Source: Bacteriovoracaceae bacterium (GTDB taxonomy: Bacteria > Bdellovibrionota > Bacteriovoracia > Bacteriovoracales > Bacteriovoracaceae). From it: a stretch of 57,554 nt of DNA. The notes under the pieces are model-generated. The model was not told the DNA's origin. It was given only the letters and a program-made list of their open reading frames with translations, and made no database searches. Made by a program: the position numbers and the translations under genes. Positions 40,287 to 49,547 of the stretch are shown piece by piece (position 1 is the stretch's first letter; each line of letters opens with the position of its first letter). Where the stretch lies: NCBI GenBank assembly GCA_018649885.1, contig JABIHA010000094.1, positions 62,001 to 119,554 on the forward strand, written 5' to 3'.

Positions 40287-41498
40287 ATGGCTCGATTACA
40301 GAAGAAAATTATAAAAAAATACTTTGGGAATTTTAGCTTCTCAAAGGAGGCTTATCAGGTTGCCATGTCCACTTCAATTAGTGACTTTCAAGCTGACTTC
40401 GCTAAAATTTTCTCCAGCCATAAAAGAGACAATAGCGCCTCCGTTCATCTGCTAACTTTCTTAAAGGACACGGTGGGATCAGGCATATGGGTTTCAAGGG
40501 CAGCCTATAAAACTTTTACGTCTCTATTTTACAATCCATTAAAAGATCCTGGATTTGTAGATTGCAAAACACATAACTACATCGTTGGAAGAGTCGCATC
40601 TGGGAAAAAGATTCCAAAAGGTCTTATTTCTTCAGAGCAAATTTTTAGAACAATTTTTAATGAAATTCAGCACACTCATATTGATCCTACTTATAAGAGC
40701 CTACTTGATATTCCAGAAACAAATTCAACAATTGTGCTCGTTCCTGGAATGCTCAACGAGCTCTATAAAACCCATGCCTTTGAAAGGGCCGCAAAACACC
40801 TGCACGATACTTATGGCATCGAATATATAACGCCAAAAGTAAGTGGGAGAAAGGGAGCAAGCTTTAATGCTAATTTGCTTGGCAAGCAACTCGCAGACTA
40901 TGTGAAAGAAAACCCAAAAAGAAAACTTTGGCTTATTGCTTACTCCAAAGGTGGAATTGATTGCCTTCACTTTATGAAAAAGTTCAATAAATTTTCTGAG
41001 AAACATATTATCGGAATCTCAACAATTGCCTGCCCTATAATGGGCTCCATGCATATGGATCAAAACCCGCTACTAAAAGCCCTTGTCTCTATGGAAGTTT
41101 TTCAAAACTCGAGAATTTATCAATCAATTGATAAAGGCCGTGATCTGCTGGGAATTGAATTGCAAAAGACTGTCTCTCATAAAAAACAAACGAATTGGTT
41201 TAGACGAAATCATAAAGGTTTACCAAAAAAACCTTTTTATACATCTCTGGCACTCAATTCACATTGGTATGATGCCCATGCATGGATGGCGCTTACTAAG
41301 TTAATTTTTAGAAGTAATCATCAAAATGATGGGATTGTTGATACTGAGATGGCCAGGTTTCCAGACTATTTTGAATCAATCAATTTTGGAATCACCTATG
41401 GACATCACTTAATCGGTGCCAGGTCGAGCTTCTTTAATCAGGAAGCGCTTATAGAAGCGCACCTGATTACTTTGAAGTATTTGAAAAAAATAAAATAA
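40287..41498 (+). CDS. Alpha/beta hydrolase (lipase-like)
   Basis: LVPG, nucleophile elbow AYSKGG, NDG.V, late His. Confidence 0.7.
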   Translation: MARLQKKIIKKYFGNFSFSKEAYQVAMSTSISDFQADFAKIFSSHKRDNSASVHLLTFLKDTVGSGIWVSRAAYKTFTSLFYNPLKDPGFVDCKTHNYIVGRVASGKKIPKGLISSEQIFRTIFNEIQHTHIDPTYKSLLDIPETNSTIVLVPGMLNELYKTHAFERAAKHLHDTYGIEYITPKVSGRKGASFNANLLGKQLADYVKENPKRKLWLIAYSKGGIDCLHFMKKFNKFSEKHIIGISTIACPIMGSMHMDQNPLLKALVSMEVFQNSRIYQSIDKGRDLLGIELQKTVSHKKQTNWFRRNHKGLPKKPFYTSLALNSHWYDAHAWMALTKLIFRSNHQNDGIVDTEMARFPDYFESINFGITYGHHLIGARSSFFNQEALIEAHLITLKYLKKIK

Positions 41499-41519
41499 AA
41501 TCTACTTTGAAAACGCGCC

Positions 41520-41948
41520 CTAAATAATTCCCACTAAATTTATGGCCTTACCTAGAGACTTGCTTTGTCTTCCAATATAACTGCTGGATTCATCTCTTTC
41601 CGATTCTTCTTTGCAGTTAATACACAACTCAGCAGTGGGCCTTGCCTTGAGTCTTTCAAAGCGAATAGTCTCACCGCATTCTTCGCAGTCGCCGTATTCC
41701 CCTCGACTCATACGATCAAGCGCAGAACCAATCTTCTTAGAATAGAATAACTCCCTATTTCTAAGCCTAAGTCTTTCAGAGTTTGAAACATCAGCATTGG
41801 CCTGGTCGACCTCATCGCTTCTGTCTTCCTCATTTAAATTAAAATCGTCAGATAGGTAAATATCCTTCAACCCTAAACGTTCTTTCTCTCTTACAAGAGT
41901 ATCTCTTAAAAAAGAGATATGTTTTTCTTTTAGACCTTTTTGTCCCAT
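41520..41948 (-). CDS. dksA: DksA/TraR RNA polymerase-binding factor
   Basis: DEVDQA coiled-coil tip; YGDCEECG..RL.ARP...CINC zinc finger. Confidence 0.85.
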   Translation of the reverse strand: MGQKGLKEKHISFLRDTLVREKERLGLKDIYLSDDFNLNEEDRSDEVDQANADVSNSERLRLRNRELFYSKKIGSALDRMSRGEYGDCEECGETIRFERLKARPTAELCINCKEESERDESSSYIGRQSKSLGKAINLVGII

Positions 41949-41990
41949 AGCATCCTCCTCTATGACAACAAACCGTTTTGCTCGAGTGAA

Positions 41991-42581
41991 TTACTCGAGG
42001 CCCCCTTTAATATTTAACAATACTAACTTACTAATCATTTTAAGAGTTTCAAAAACTCCATCACCATGAGTGGCAACAGCTTCAAATGCCGGCCAATCTT
42101 TCTTATTAATTCTTTTTTGTAAATCTTCTATTGAAGAAGTATTTGGTAGATCTCTTTTATTCCACTGAAGTACTAAAGGCAACTTGTCCAAATCATAACC
42201 CTGTGCCACTAAGTTATCTTCAAGGCTTTTAAAGCTATCTAAATTATCTTCCATTCTCTCAACTTGAGAGTCTGCAACAAAAATAATTCCATCCACTCCT
42301 CTCAAAATAAGTTTTCTACTTGCTTCATAAAAGACTTGCCCTGGGACAGTGTAAAGATGGAAGCGAGTTCTAAATCCTCTTATCTCACCTAAATCAAGTG
42401 GTAAGAAATCAAAAAATAGTGTTCTTTCATTTTCGGTGTTTAAGGAGACCATTTTCCCCTTAACGTCGCTACTCGTCTGTTGATAGATGTGTTGAATGTT
42501 TGTTGTTTTTCCACCAAGCCCAGGACCATAGTATACAATTTTGCAATTTATCTCTTTAGTCTGGTAGTTAACAAACGACAT
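41991..42581 (-). CDS. mglA: Ras-like GTPase MglA
   Basis: [40 protein letters not shown]. Confidence 0.95.
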   Translation of the reverse strand: MSFVNYQTKEINCKIVYYGPGLGGKTTNIQHIYQQTSSDVKGKMVSLNTENERTLFFDFLPLDLGEIRGFRTRFHLYTVPGQVFYEASRKLILRGVDGIIFVADSQVERMEDNLDSFKSLEDNLVAQGYDLDKLPLVLQWNKRDLPNTSSIEDLQKRINKKDWPAFEAVATHGDGVFETLKMISKLVLLNIKGGLE

Positions 42582-42592
42582 AATAGCGTACC

Positions 42593-43087
42593 TTAAATAC
42601 TAAAAAGTGAATCAATTTCATCATCACTTATATCTTTAAAAAGAAACTCATCCCTTTTACTTGTTTCGGGAGCCTCTGTAATCTGTTTTTCTTCAAGATA
42701 AATCATAAGCTCCACAGAAAGAGTTCGAACCTTATTTTTCAACTTGCCAGGGTTATCTACATTTTCAAATAGAACACCCATATATAGGTCATAAGAATTT
42801 GCTGTCAATGGAATTACGTAGATGCCGCACCCAGGTTGATCGAAGCTTAACCTAAAAACTCCATCTGTAGGCTGCGTAAAAAAACCAGAGATTGCGCTTG
42901 CTGCTTGCCATGCACCAGCACAAAGGGCCCCTATTGCTGCTGCAGATGAACTCTTTAAACTTTTAAATAAAAGATGCCCATCTTGTTTGATAACAAAAAA
43001 TTCAGCGCCTTGAAATTCAGCTCTCTCCAGTCGAAACTCCAAATACTCTTCAATTAAATGTGGCAAGCTTAATTGTTTTTCAAACAC
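42593..43087 (-). CDS. Divergent MglB-like roadblock protein
   Basis: Directly upstream of mgl[18 protein letters not shown] and acidic tail [10 protein letters not shown] as in MglB. Confidence 0.7.
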   Translation of the reverse strand: MFEKQLSLPHLIEEYLEFRLERAEFQGAEFFVIKQDGHLLFKSLKSSSAAAIGALCAGAWQAASAISGFFTQPTDGVFRLSFDQPGCGIYVIPLTANSYDLYMGVLFENVDNPGKLKNKVRTLSVELMIYLEEKQITEAPETSKRDEFLFKDISDDEIDSLFSI

Positions 43088-43096
43088 AAAAATATC

Positions 43097-43690
43097 CTAC
43101 ATAGGCCTTCGATATTCGAGGGCCTTTGAAATGGTCTGAGAATCTAAATACTCAAGGCTGCCACCAATGGGAACACCAAAGCCGATTCTCTCTACATTAA
43201 TACTATTGTCTATTGAGCTTTTAATATAAGAACAAGTTGCGTCTCCTTCAAGTGAAGGGTTCACGGCCAATATTACTTCAGCGATATCAAGTCTTTTAAC
43301 TCGCGCAAAAAATTTATCTATTTTTAATTCATCAGGTCCGATACCAAGAAGGGGATTCAAGACTCCACCTAGTACATGGTAAATTCCTTGAAATTCACCA
43401 CTATCTTCAATGGCCAGGAGATCCTTAACATTTTCCACAACACAAACAATTTTCTTATTAACTCTTTCAGAATCCTGACAAACATTACAAAGTGATTCGC
43501 TTGAAAGCATTCCACATTCACTGCAGTGTTTAATATGAGAAAGATTTTGAATAGAGTGAGCTAGTAACTCTCTCTCTTTCACACTCCAATTTAGAATTGA
43601 TAAAACTTGTCTTGTTGCGGTTCTAGGCCCAACACCTGGAAGCTGGCTGAAAGACCTGACACAATCATGAATTTGATCTGGTAACTTCAA
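43097..43690 (-). CDS. recR: Recombination protein RecR
   Basis: LPGVGPRTA, C4 zinc finger, YHVLGG, EGDAT, GGSLEYLD. Confidence 0.95.
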   Translation of the reverse strand: MKLPDQIHDCVRSFSQLPGVGPRTATRQVLSILNWSVKERELLAHSIQNLSHIKHCSECGMLSSESLCNVCQDSERVNKKIVCVVENVKDLLAIEDSGEFQGIYHVLGGVLNPLLGIGPDELKIDKFFARVKRLDIAEVILAVNPSLEGDATCSYIKSSIDNSINVERIGFGVPIGGSLEYLDSQTISKALEYRRPM

Positions 43691-43700
43691 TATCTTTTTC

Positions 43701-44012
43701 CTAAAATAAACCAGGAATATTCATTCCACCTGTAATTTTGGACATGGCATTTGAAACCATTTCCTGACTTTCATTCATGGCCTGGTTAACGGCCGTCTTC
43801 ACAAGCTCTTCGAGCATTTCAACATCTGAAGGATCAACGCATTCTTTATCAATTGAAATAGAAAGAAGCTCTTGCTTTCCATTAACCTTAACCTTAACCA
43901 TTCCTCCGCCCGAAGCTGCCTCAACTTCACGGTCATTCAACTCATTTTGAAGTGTTGAGATTTTCGCTTGCATTTGTTGTGCTTGCTTCATCATTTGATT
44001 CATATTTTTCAT
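43701..44012 (-). CDS. ybaB: YbaB/EbfC nucleoid-associated protein
   Basis: MMKQAQQMQ, SGGGMVKV, LEELV.AVN, PGLF. Confidence 0.93.
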   Translation of the reverse strand: MKNMNQMMKQAQQMQAKISTLQNELNDREVEAASGGGMVKVKVNGKQELLSISIDKECVDPSDVEMLEELVKTAVNQAMNESQEMVSNAMSKITGGMNIPGLF

Positions 44013-44020
44013 TTCGACCC

Positions 44021-46117
44021 TCAGGACAGTTTATTTTCGTTTACAATTATTTTATCAACTTTACTGTCGAATAGAGTTTGAGCTTCTTTAACAAATTGAT
44101 TTGCTAGAAACTCTTCTCTTTTAATTTGAGTAAGCTCATCTCTTTTTTTGTCTTCAACTTCGACTTTTGATAAAAATCCAGTCTTCTCTCTCTCTTTTTC
44201 ATCAAGTAGCGTAAAGACTAAATTTACATTCGCTTGTTCTTCTTCAAAATATTGCGAAATTTCACTTACCAATCTTTTTGTTGTGTTCGCATCTACTAAA
44301 TAATCATAGAAAATTTTACTCTCAGGTGGGAAACCGAGCTCAATGTGAATCATTCCATCTAATTTTAAAGGCCCCTTTAAAATATTACCTTGTTCAATAT
44401 TTGCAGCACTTGCAGGATATTTTTTAGAAAGGCGTCTTAGAAAGTTGTCCCAGTTTTTTTCTTCTGGCTCAGTGGGTTTCTCTTTTTCCACATTTTCTGG
44501 AGCTGCTTCAATTTTTTCATGGCCATCACCATCCTGAGTAGTCACACGCTCAACAACGCTGCTATCTTGAATCTCGGTCAATAGGGCCGCTCCATCAGCA
44601 AGAGGTTGTTCAGGTTTTTCGATTACTTGCTCAACTTTTTCTAAAACTTGTTCAGGTTTAACTGAAGGTTGTTCAGCTTTAACTGAAAGTTGTTCAGTTT
44701 TTTCTAATATTTGCTCGGGTTTTTCTTTCTCTTGTTGGTGACTATCCACCACTTGAGTGACATTTTGAGCAGGATCTTCAAGACCGGCCAACATTTCTGC
44801 AAATTTTTCGGATGGTTTTTCAAGGCTTGTGGGCACTTGTTCAGGTATTGCCGAAGTCTGTTCACAATTTTCTATAGGTTGTTCACATTTTTCTTGCATT
44901 TGCACAGAAACAGTAACAACTTGTTCAGGCAAATCACCTGTTTGTTCACCGCCAGCTAAAAGTTGTTCACCCTGATGTGAAGAGTTCTCTGAATTGCCGG
45001 ATAAATGAACCTTGTTCCCCAGATCTTTTTTAAAAAATGTTCCCCTAAGAGTAATTTTTTGGAGAACTATTTCCATAGTCTTTTCTGGAGCAATAGATCT
45101 GAGCATCCACTCAATATCTTTAACAAGCACTTCGTAAATCCAAAAGAGCTCTGCTGCACTCAGACTCTCCCACACCTCTTTTTCGATGTGAAAATTATCT
45201 TCGATATAAGAAAAATTATCCATATTTTGAATAAAGCGATAAAGAGAATCTAGTAAATCCACTGCAATATTTTTTACTTCAACATTCTCACAGAGAAGGC
45301 TTCTATAAATATGTGATACTTCTGTCACATCTTCAGACAGCATTCTCTCAACTAATTTTGTAATTACTGAACTTCTTGCAAGGCCTAGTGCATGTACAAG
45401 CTCACCCTCAGAAATAAAAGATTCTTTGGTGTAGCATAGTGCTTGTTCTAATAGTGAGAGACCATCTCTAACAGAACCCCCTGCCATGGATGCAATTTGC
45501 TCCAAGATAGCGGGAGACTCAAAGCCTATGCCCTCACCTTTGCAAACACGCTCAAGATGAGATGCAAGTATAGGTGTTGAAACATTTCTAAAATCAAAGC
45601 GCTGACATCTTGAAAGCACTGTTCCCAATAGTTTATTAACCTCTGTTGTTGCAAAAATAAATTTCACATGAGCAGGAGGTTCTTCAAGAGTCTTTAACAG
45701 GGCATTGAATGCACTGGTAGACAGCATATGGACTTCATCAATTATATAGACTTTATATTTTCCACGTACTGGAAGGTATTGGACATTACTAATGAGCTCT
45801 CTAACTTGATCAACACCGTTATTAGAAGCGCCGTCAAATTCCAGGACATCTATACTTGTCCCTTTATCAACTTCTATACATGAGTCACAAGTGAGACATG
45901 GGTTTCCATTATCAGATCGATTGAGACAGCAGATGGCCTTTGAAAAAAGTCTGGCTAACGTCGTTTTTCCTACTCCCCGGGTACCCGTAAATAAGTAAGC
46001 GTGCCCCACAGTATCGTTTTGGATAGAATTTCTTAACGACCGAACGATATGGGATTGCCCCACTACCTCTTCAAAAAGCTTTGGTCGCCATGACCTGGCA
46101 AGAACTTGATAGCCCAT
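44021..46117 (-). CDS. dnaX: DNA polymerase III subunit gamma/tau
   Basis: YQVLARSWRP, GTRGVGKTT, IIDEVHML, LKTLEEPP, SRC. Confidence 0.96.
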   Translation of the reverse strand: MGYQVLARSWRPKLFEEVVGQSHIVRSLRNSIQNDTVGHAYLFTGTRGVGKTTLARLFSKAICCLNRSDNGNPCLTCDSCIEVDKGTSIDVLEFDGASNNGVDQVRELISNVQYLPVRGKYKVYIIDEVHMLSTSAFNALLKTLEEPPAHVKFIFATTEVNKLLGTVLSRCQRFDFRNVSTPILASHLERVCKGEGIGFESPAILEQIASMAGGSVRDGLSLLEQALCYTKESFISEGELVHALGLARSSVITKLVERMLSEDVTEVSHIYRSLLCENVEVKNIAVDLLDSLYRFIQNMDNFSYIEDNFHIEKEVWESLSAAELFWIYEVLVKDIEWMLRSIAPEKTMEIVLQKITLRGTFFKKDLGNKVHLSGNSENSSHQGEQLLAGGEQTGDLPEQVVTVSVQMQEKCEQPIENCEQTSAIPEQVPTSLEKPSEKFAEMLAGLEDPAQNVTQVVDSHQQEKEKPEQILEKTEQLSVKAEQPSVKPEQVLEKVEQVIEKPEQPLADGAALLTEIQDSSVVERVTTQDGDGHEKIEAAPENVEKEKPTEPEEKNWDNFLRRLSKKYPASAANIEQGNILKGPLKLDGMIHIELGFPPESKIFYDYLVDANTTKRLVSEISQYFEEEQANVNLVFTLLDEKEREKTGFLSKVEVEDKKRDELTQIKREEFLANQFVKEAQTLFDSKVDKIIVNENKLS
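44598..44973 (-). repeat. Degenerate 21-bp (7-aa) tandem repeats within the dnaX linker
   Basis: xEQxxxx units, e.g. PEQILEK TEQLSVK AEQPSVK PEQVLEK VEQVIEK PEQPLAD; recurring TTGTTCA on the plus strand. Confidence 0.8.
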
Positions 46118-46297
46118 AAATGCAGTGACCCCCTGTCAGGCAACTGTTCCATAAATTGTGCACCAATATGAAACTGCGCGCCAAAACACTGTGCATAAAG
46201 AGGGGTAGAGTAGTCACCAACCGTTTCAAAGTCAATTTGCAAGGGGGCAATTGCAAGGATTTGTCATTGAATATTAAAGAATGAAAGAGATTGAAAT

Positions 46298-46392
46298 GTG
46301 GCCCAACACTAAACACAGCACCGATTGGCTACCGTTGCTTCGTTCCCGACCTGGCGGAGTTCACCCCCGTATACTTGTCTAGGTTGGACCAC
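46298..46392 (-). ncRNA. ffs: SRP RNA (4.5S)
   Basis: Terminal stem GTGGTCCAAC/GTTGGGCCAC; conserved domain IV GCCAGGTCGGGAACGAAGCAACGG; upstream of dnaX. Confidence 0.9.
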
Positions 46393-46445
46393 GGCTGAAT
46401 CTTAGTCTGAATTCTAATTTGTTGTCATGACACAAAGAGGCATGG

Positions 46446-48029
46446 CTATAACTTTTTCAGGCCCCACAGGACTTTATCAGCTTTTTTGTCCCAGTAATCG
46501 TCAAAGGGCACCTCAAAGTTTCCCTTGTCATCCACGCTGAGAACTCTGAAAAATAAATTCTTACCCCGGATTCTCTTGGTGCTGATGTGTTTATGGTCCT
46601 TAATCGCTCTTGCTTCGTAAACAAGATCTGACTTTCTAAAAAGAGGTCCACTACTTACTTGCACAGTATAGGTTACTGGGTCACCTTGAGGATCAAATGA
46701 ATCTTCCCAAGAAAAAGAGAGCTTCTTACCACTTTTCTTCTCAGGCTCGTCCATCCAAACCGGCATTGGCTTTTCTACATTATTCATAAACCTTTTATAG
46801 TTTTTCTCAACAACATTTTCGAGTCTATTGAACTCGCCTTCAAACTCTTTTAATTTTTGACCGTCAGTTGATCCAATTGTAGGTAAGTGCTCTAGTTCAC
46901 TTTTTCTTTTTACTTCAGAAAATACTACTGGTTTATAGCTATCAAGAAGTGCGCGAATTTTGGCCTGGCCTAAGTAATCAACCTTTAGTTCCTCGATTTT
47001 CTTAACAAGCCTGGAGACAAAACCTTTGGTCTCAAAAAATCTTTTATGAAGCCTAACATTTCCCCAGTTACCAAGTGCAAAATGCCAAGGAGCCATTTTA
47101 TTTTTCAACTGGTCTGGTTGACCATAAAAATCCCAAGCGGCATCGAAATCCCATGGGAGAAAATACCACTTTGATGAGGCCTGTGGACTATAAATATAGA
47201 AATTTTGACTGCTGGTATCTGCATTTCCAAATAGTATTGTTGTGGCAAACCACTCGAGGTAATTATCTTCATCGAAATGCTTTTTAAAAACAGCTTCAAA
47301 TGAATTACCTTTATTGTTAACGGCATCAAGCATTTCAATCAAGGGCGCGTGATCGTCACTTCCTTTAATCTCAAGTGCCACCTCAAAGTCCTCTACTCTA
47401 TATGTAGGATCAGACTTAAGTTTTATTTTATCTACTTCTCTTTTAAATCTAAACCTCTCGGCTTTATATAAATGCCCTTCTTTGTCCAAGCCTCTTGATT
47501 TAAGCCATCCCTTACTAGTGTGTTCAACCTGAGTGTAAAAACCATAGTCCTCGCCATCAATTTTTAAATGGATGAAGTTCGTCTTTAAGCTAGTCATATT
47601 GGGAAGAGTTTTTAATAAATCAAAACTTAGTTTATTTCTCACTCTCGTTAAATCATATGGGTGTCTATTTAAGTGAATTTTTCTTTGTCCCAAAAATTTC
47701 TCTGCCCCTTTGGGAAGTGTAATCTTAAAAGATTTTCTTGATCCTGCCCTTGTACTTTGCCCTCGAACTTTCATCTCGCCTGCAAAAGACTTTCCTGGAT
47801 AGCTATCCGATTTAAACGAAACGGATACAACCGGTACAAAAGTATCCTTCTCACTATCATCACGATTTAAATCTTTCATGGTGTGGCCAGCAGGGCCTGG
47901 GCTTGAGCTAAGCTCAATATTGATTACGGAGATGGCCTCGCCAATATAAACACTTTTATCTTCACGTAGTTGTGAGTGCGCAAGCGACGTTATTGCTAGC
48001 AAGATTATAAAGATGAATACTCTGGACAT
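46446..48029 (-). CDS. Secreted CotH-family kinase with C-terminal FN3-like domain
   Basis: Signal peptide, VRGQSTR, KSFKI, N.D...NFYIY, PWDFD, W..S.DPQGD.VTY. Confidence 0.82.
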   Translation of the reverse strand: MSRVFIFIILLAITSLAHSQLREDKSVYIGEAISVINIELSSSPGPAGHTMKDLNRDDSEKDTFVPVVSVSFKSDSYPGKSFAGEMKVRGQSTRAGSRKSFKITLPKGAEKFLGQRKIHLNRHPYDLTRVRNKLSFDLLKTLPNMTSLKTNFIHLKIDGEDYGFYTQVEHTSKGWLKSRGLDKEGHLYKAERFRFKREVDKIKLKSDPTYRVEDFEVALEIKGSDDHAPLIEMLDAVNNKGNSFEAVFKKHFDEDNYLEWFATTILFGNADTSSQNFYIYSPQASSKWYFLPWDFDAAWDFYGQPDQLKNKMAPWHFALGNWGNVRLHKRFFETKGFVSRLVKKIEELKVDYLGQAKIRALLDSYKPVVFSEVKRKSELEHLPTIGSTDGQKLKEFEGEFNRLENVVEKNYKRFMNNVEKPMPVWMDEPEKKSGKKLSFSWEDSFDPQGDPVTYTVQVSSGPLFRKSDLVYEARAIKDHKHISTKRIRGKNLFFRVLSVDDKGNFEVPFDDYWDKKADKVLWGLKKL

Positions 48030-48188
48030 TAATCCCCCGATTAATCAAAATTTAATGTTCCGCGCCTTGATATCAGGCCGGGGGAGTTTTGGCAAAAACT
48101 AAGGCCGTAATTGGAAGAATTGACAGGTTAAAAGCCCGAATTTATATAATTTTTTCACAATGACGCGGGGGAACTTCAGTACATCAGC

Positions 48189-48572
48189 TTAGATTATTCC
48201 CATGTCCTTTCCCTTCTTCATAATATCGGCTTTTTCTTCGTCGCTCATATTCGTGAACATTTCTTGCATTTTTTTGAGCTCTTCGGGGTCCATGTTTTTC
48301 ATCATCTCTTGCGCCTGGGCCATCATTTCGGCCTGGCTCATATTTCCGGTGGGAGCCTCTTGGGCAGGAGTGGGATCTGAGAAAATAATTCTCTCTCCGT
48401 CTACGTTGTAGTCAATATTGTGATGTTCTTTCATTTCTTCCATCACCTTGTTGAAGCTAAGGCCTTTATTGTCAGCCACTTCGTACATTTTTTCGGTAGG
48501 GAGGGAGACTTTTTTTTGGGGGAAGCCGTTTTCGGTTAGGGTTTTTATTATGTTTTTTATGAATGATTCCAT
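48189..48572 (-). CDS. Hypothetical protein with Met-rich helical C-terminus
   Basis: ORF with GGAG RBS; NGFP.KKVSLP motif. Confidence 0.75.
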   Translation of the reverse strand: MESFIKNIIKTLTENGFPQKKVSLPTEKMYEVADNKGLSFNKVMEEMKEHHNIDYNVDGERIIFSDPTPAQEAPTGNMSQAEMMAQAQEMMKNMDPEELKKMQEMFTNMSDEEKADIMKKGKDMGII

Positions 48573-48661
48573 TTTTTGGCTCCTGGGGGGTTTGTTGCCT
48601 CTAGGGTTTATCAGATTGGGAGGGGTTTTTCAGGCCTTGAATTTCAAGAATTACTTAGATG

Positions 48662-48678
48662 CTGGGACAGCCTTTGCA
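48662..48678 (+). promoter_or_regulatory. Putative sigma-54 (-24/-12) promoter
   Basis: CTGGGACAGCCTTTGCA = GG-N10-GC, close to TGGCAC-N5-TTGCW. Confidence 0.5.
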
Positions 48679-48781
48679 TTTTTTATGAATTTTTAGTTAG
48701 CATGAGTGTAAAAAATTTAGAATTGTATACTTACCTATAGCTAATCCCTAGTTTCAAAGAAAAAAACCAAGGGGAAAAGCA

Positions 48782-49111
48782 ATGAAAAAAATTGTATTGA
48801 GTTTAATAGTATTACTTTCAGTTTCTATTTCAGCAGAAGAGGTAATAGATTATCCTTCGTACACAAACTCGGATTCAAGTGGGATGATAGCAACTACAGT
48901 AGTCATACGAACAATGTCCTCTGATATTAAAATGACTTATACTAGCGCCCAAAGGGCAAAAGCGATTTACAGCTCTAAAGAAGAATGCATTAAAATGGCT
49001 GCTGAGGCTTCATCAAGCTACCTAGGCTTCAAAAGGGTAACTTGCCAAAATTTTTATACTCCAAAAAATACAGATGAATACAATGCTAAATGGTATTTAG
49101 AGGCTAACTGA
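48782..49111 (+). CDS. Small secreted hypothetical protein
   Basis: RBS AAGGGG, signal peptide MKKIVLSLIVLLSVSISA, two Cys. Confidence 0.72.
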   Translation: MKKIVLSLIVLLSVSISAEEVIDYPSYTNSDSSGMIATTVVIRTMSSDIKMTYTSAQRAKAIYSSKEECIKMAAEASSSYLGFKRVTCQNFYTPKNTDEYNAKWYLEAN

Positions 49112-49127
49112 GACTCGCCTTATAAAA

Positions 49128-49413
49128 TCACATACCTCTCGGCATTAGAATATTCATGGGTGTGCGTCTTTCAGCGAACACTGAGATGGGCTTAGGGTTT
49201 TTTCGGATTCTGGGTTTAAAGTTGCTGGGAGTTTTGGTGCTTGATTCACGGTGGACTGGGGAGTCCACCTTCTTCACATACCTCTTAGCTTCAAAAATGC
49301 TCGTTCGCATTTTTGCCGCAAAAGGTGCTTGATTCACGGGAGACTCGGGGTCTCCCTCAGTCACTTACCTCTCTGGGTCAAAACATGCCGCAGGCATGTT
49401 TTGACCCAGGAGG
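49128..49413. repeat. Composite repeat/hairpin array adjoining the tRNA-Ser 3' end
   Basis: TCACWTACCTCT x3 (49128, 49274, 49361) and GGTGCTTGATTCACGG x2 (49236, 49324), separated by hairpins including a perfect 17-bp stem at 49373-49409. Confidence 0.8.
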
Positions 49414-49503
49414 TGGCGGAGAACGGGGGATTCGAACCCCCGAATGAGTCGCCCCATTACACACTTTCCAAGCGCGCGCCTTCAACCACTCGGCCAGTTC
49501 TCC
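49414..49503 (-). tRNA. tRNA-Ser(GGA)
   Basis: GGAGAAC..GTTCTCC-G-CCA acceptor, anticodon loop TT-GGA-AA, long variable arm, GGTTCGAATCC. Confidence 0.96.
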
Positions 49504-49547
49504 GTTGAAAATTAACAACAATTTTTAACATATTGGTTTTTGAGAGT

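Noticed and set aside
45025..45031. E. coli-type A_AAA_AAG -1 frameshift in dnaX
   Set aside because: The heptamer is read AAA AAA G, the wrong phase
49128..49413. CRISPR array interpretation of the repeats
   Set aside because: Boxes are only 12-16 nt, spacing is irregular, the intervening sequences are themselves hairpins and no cas genes are present
49128..49508. ORFs 49128..49364 (-) and 49251..49508 (+)
   Set aside because: They overlap the hairpin array and tRNA-Ser and show no protein-like motifs
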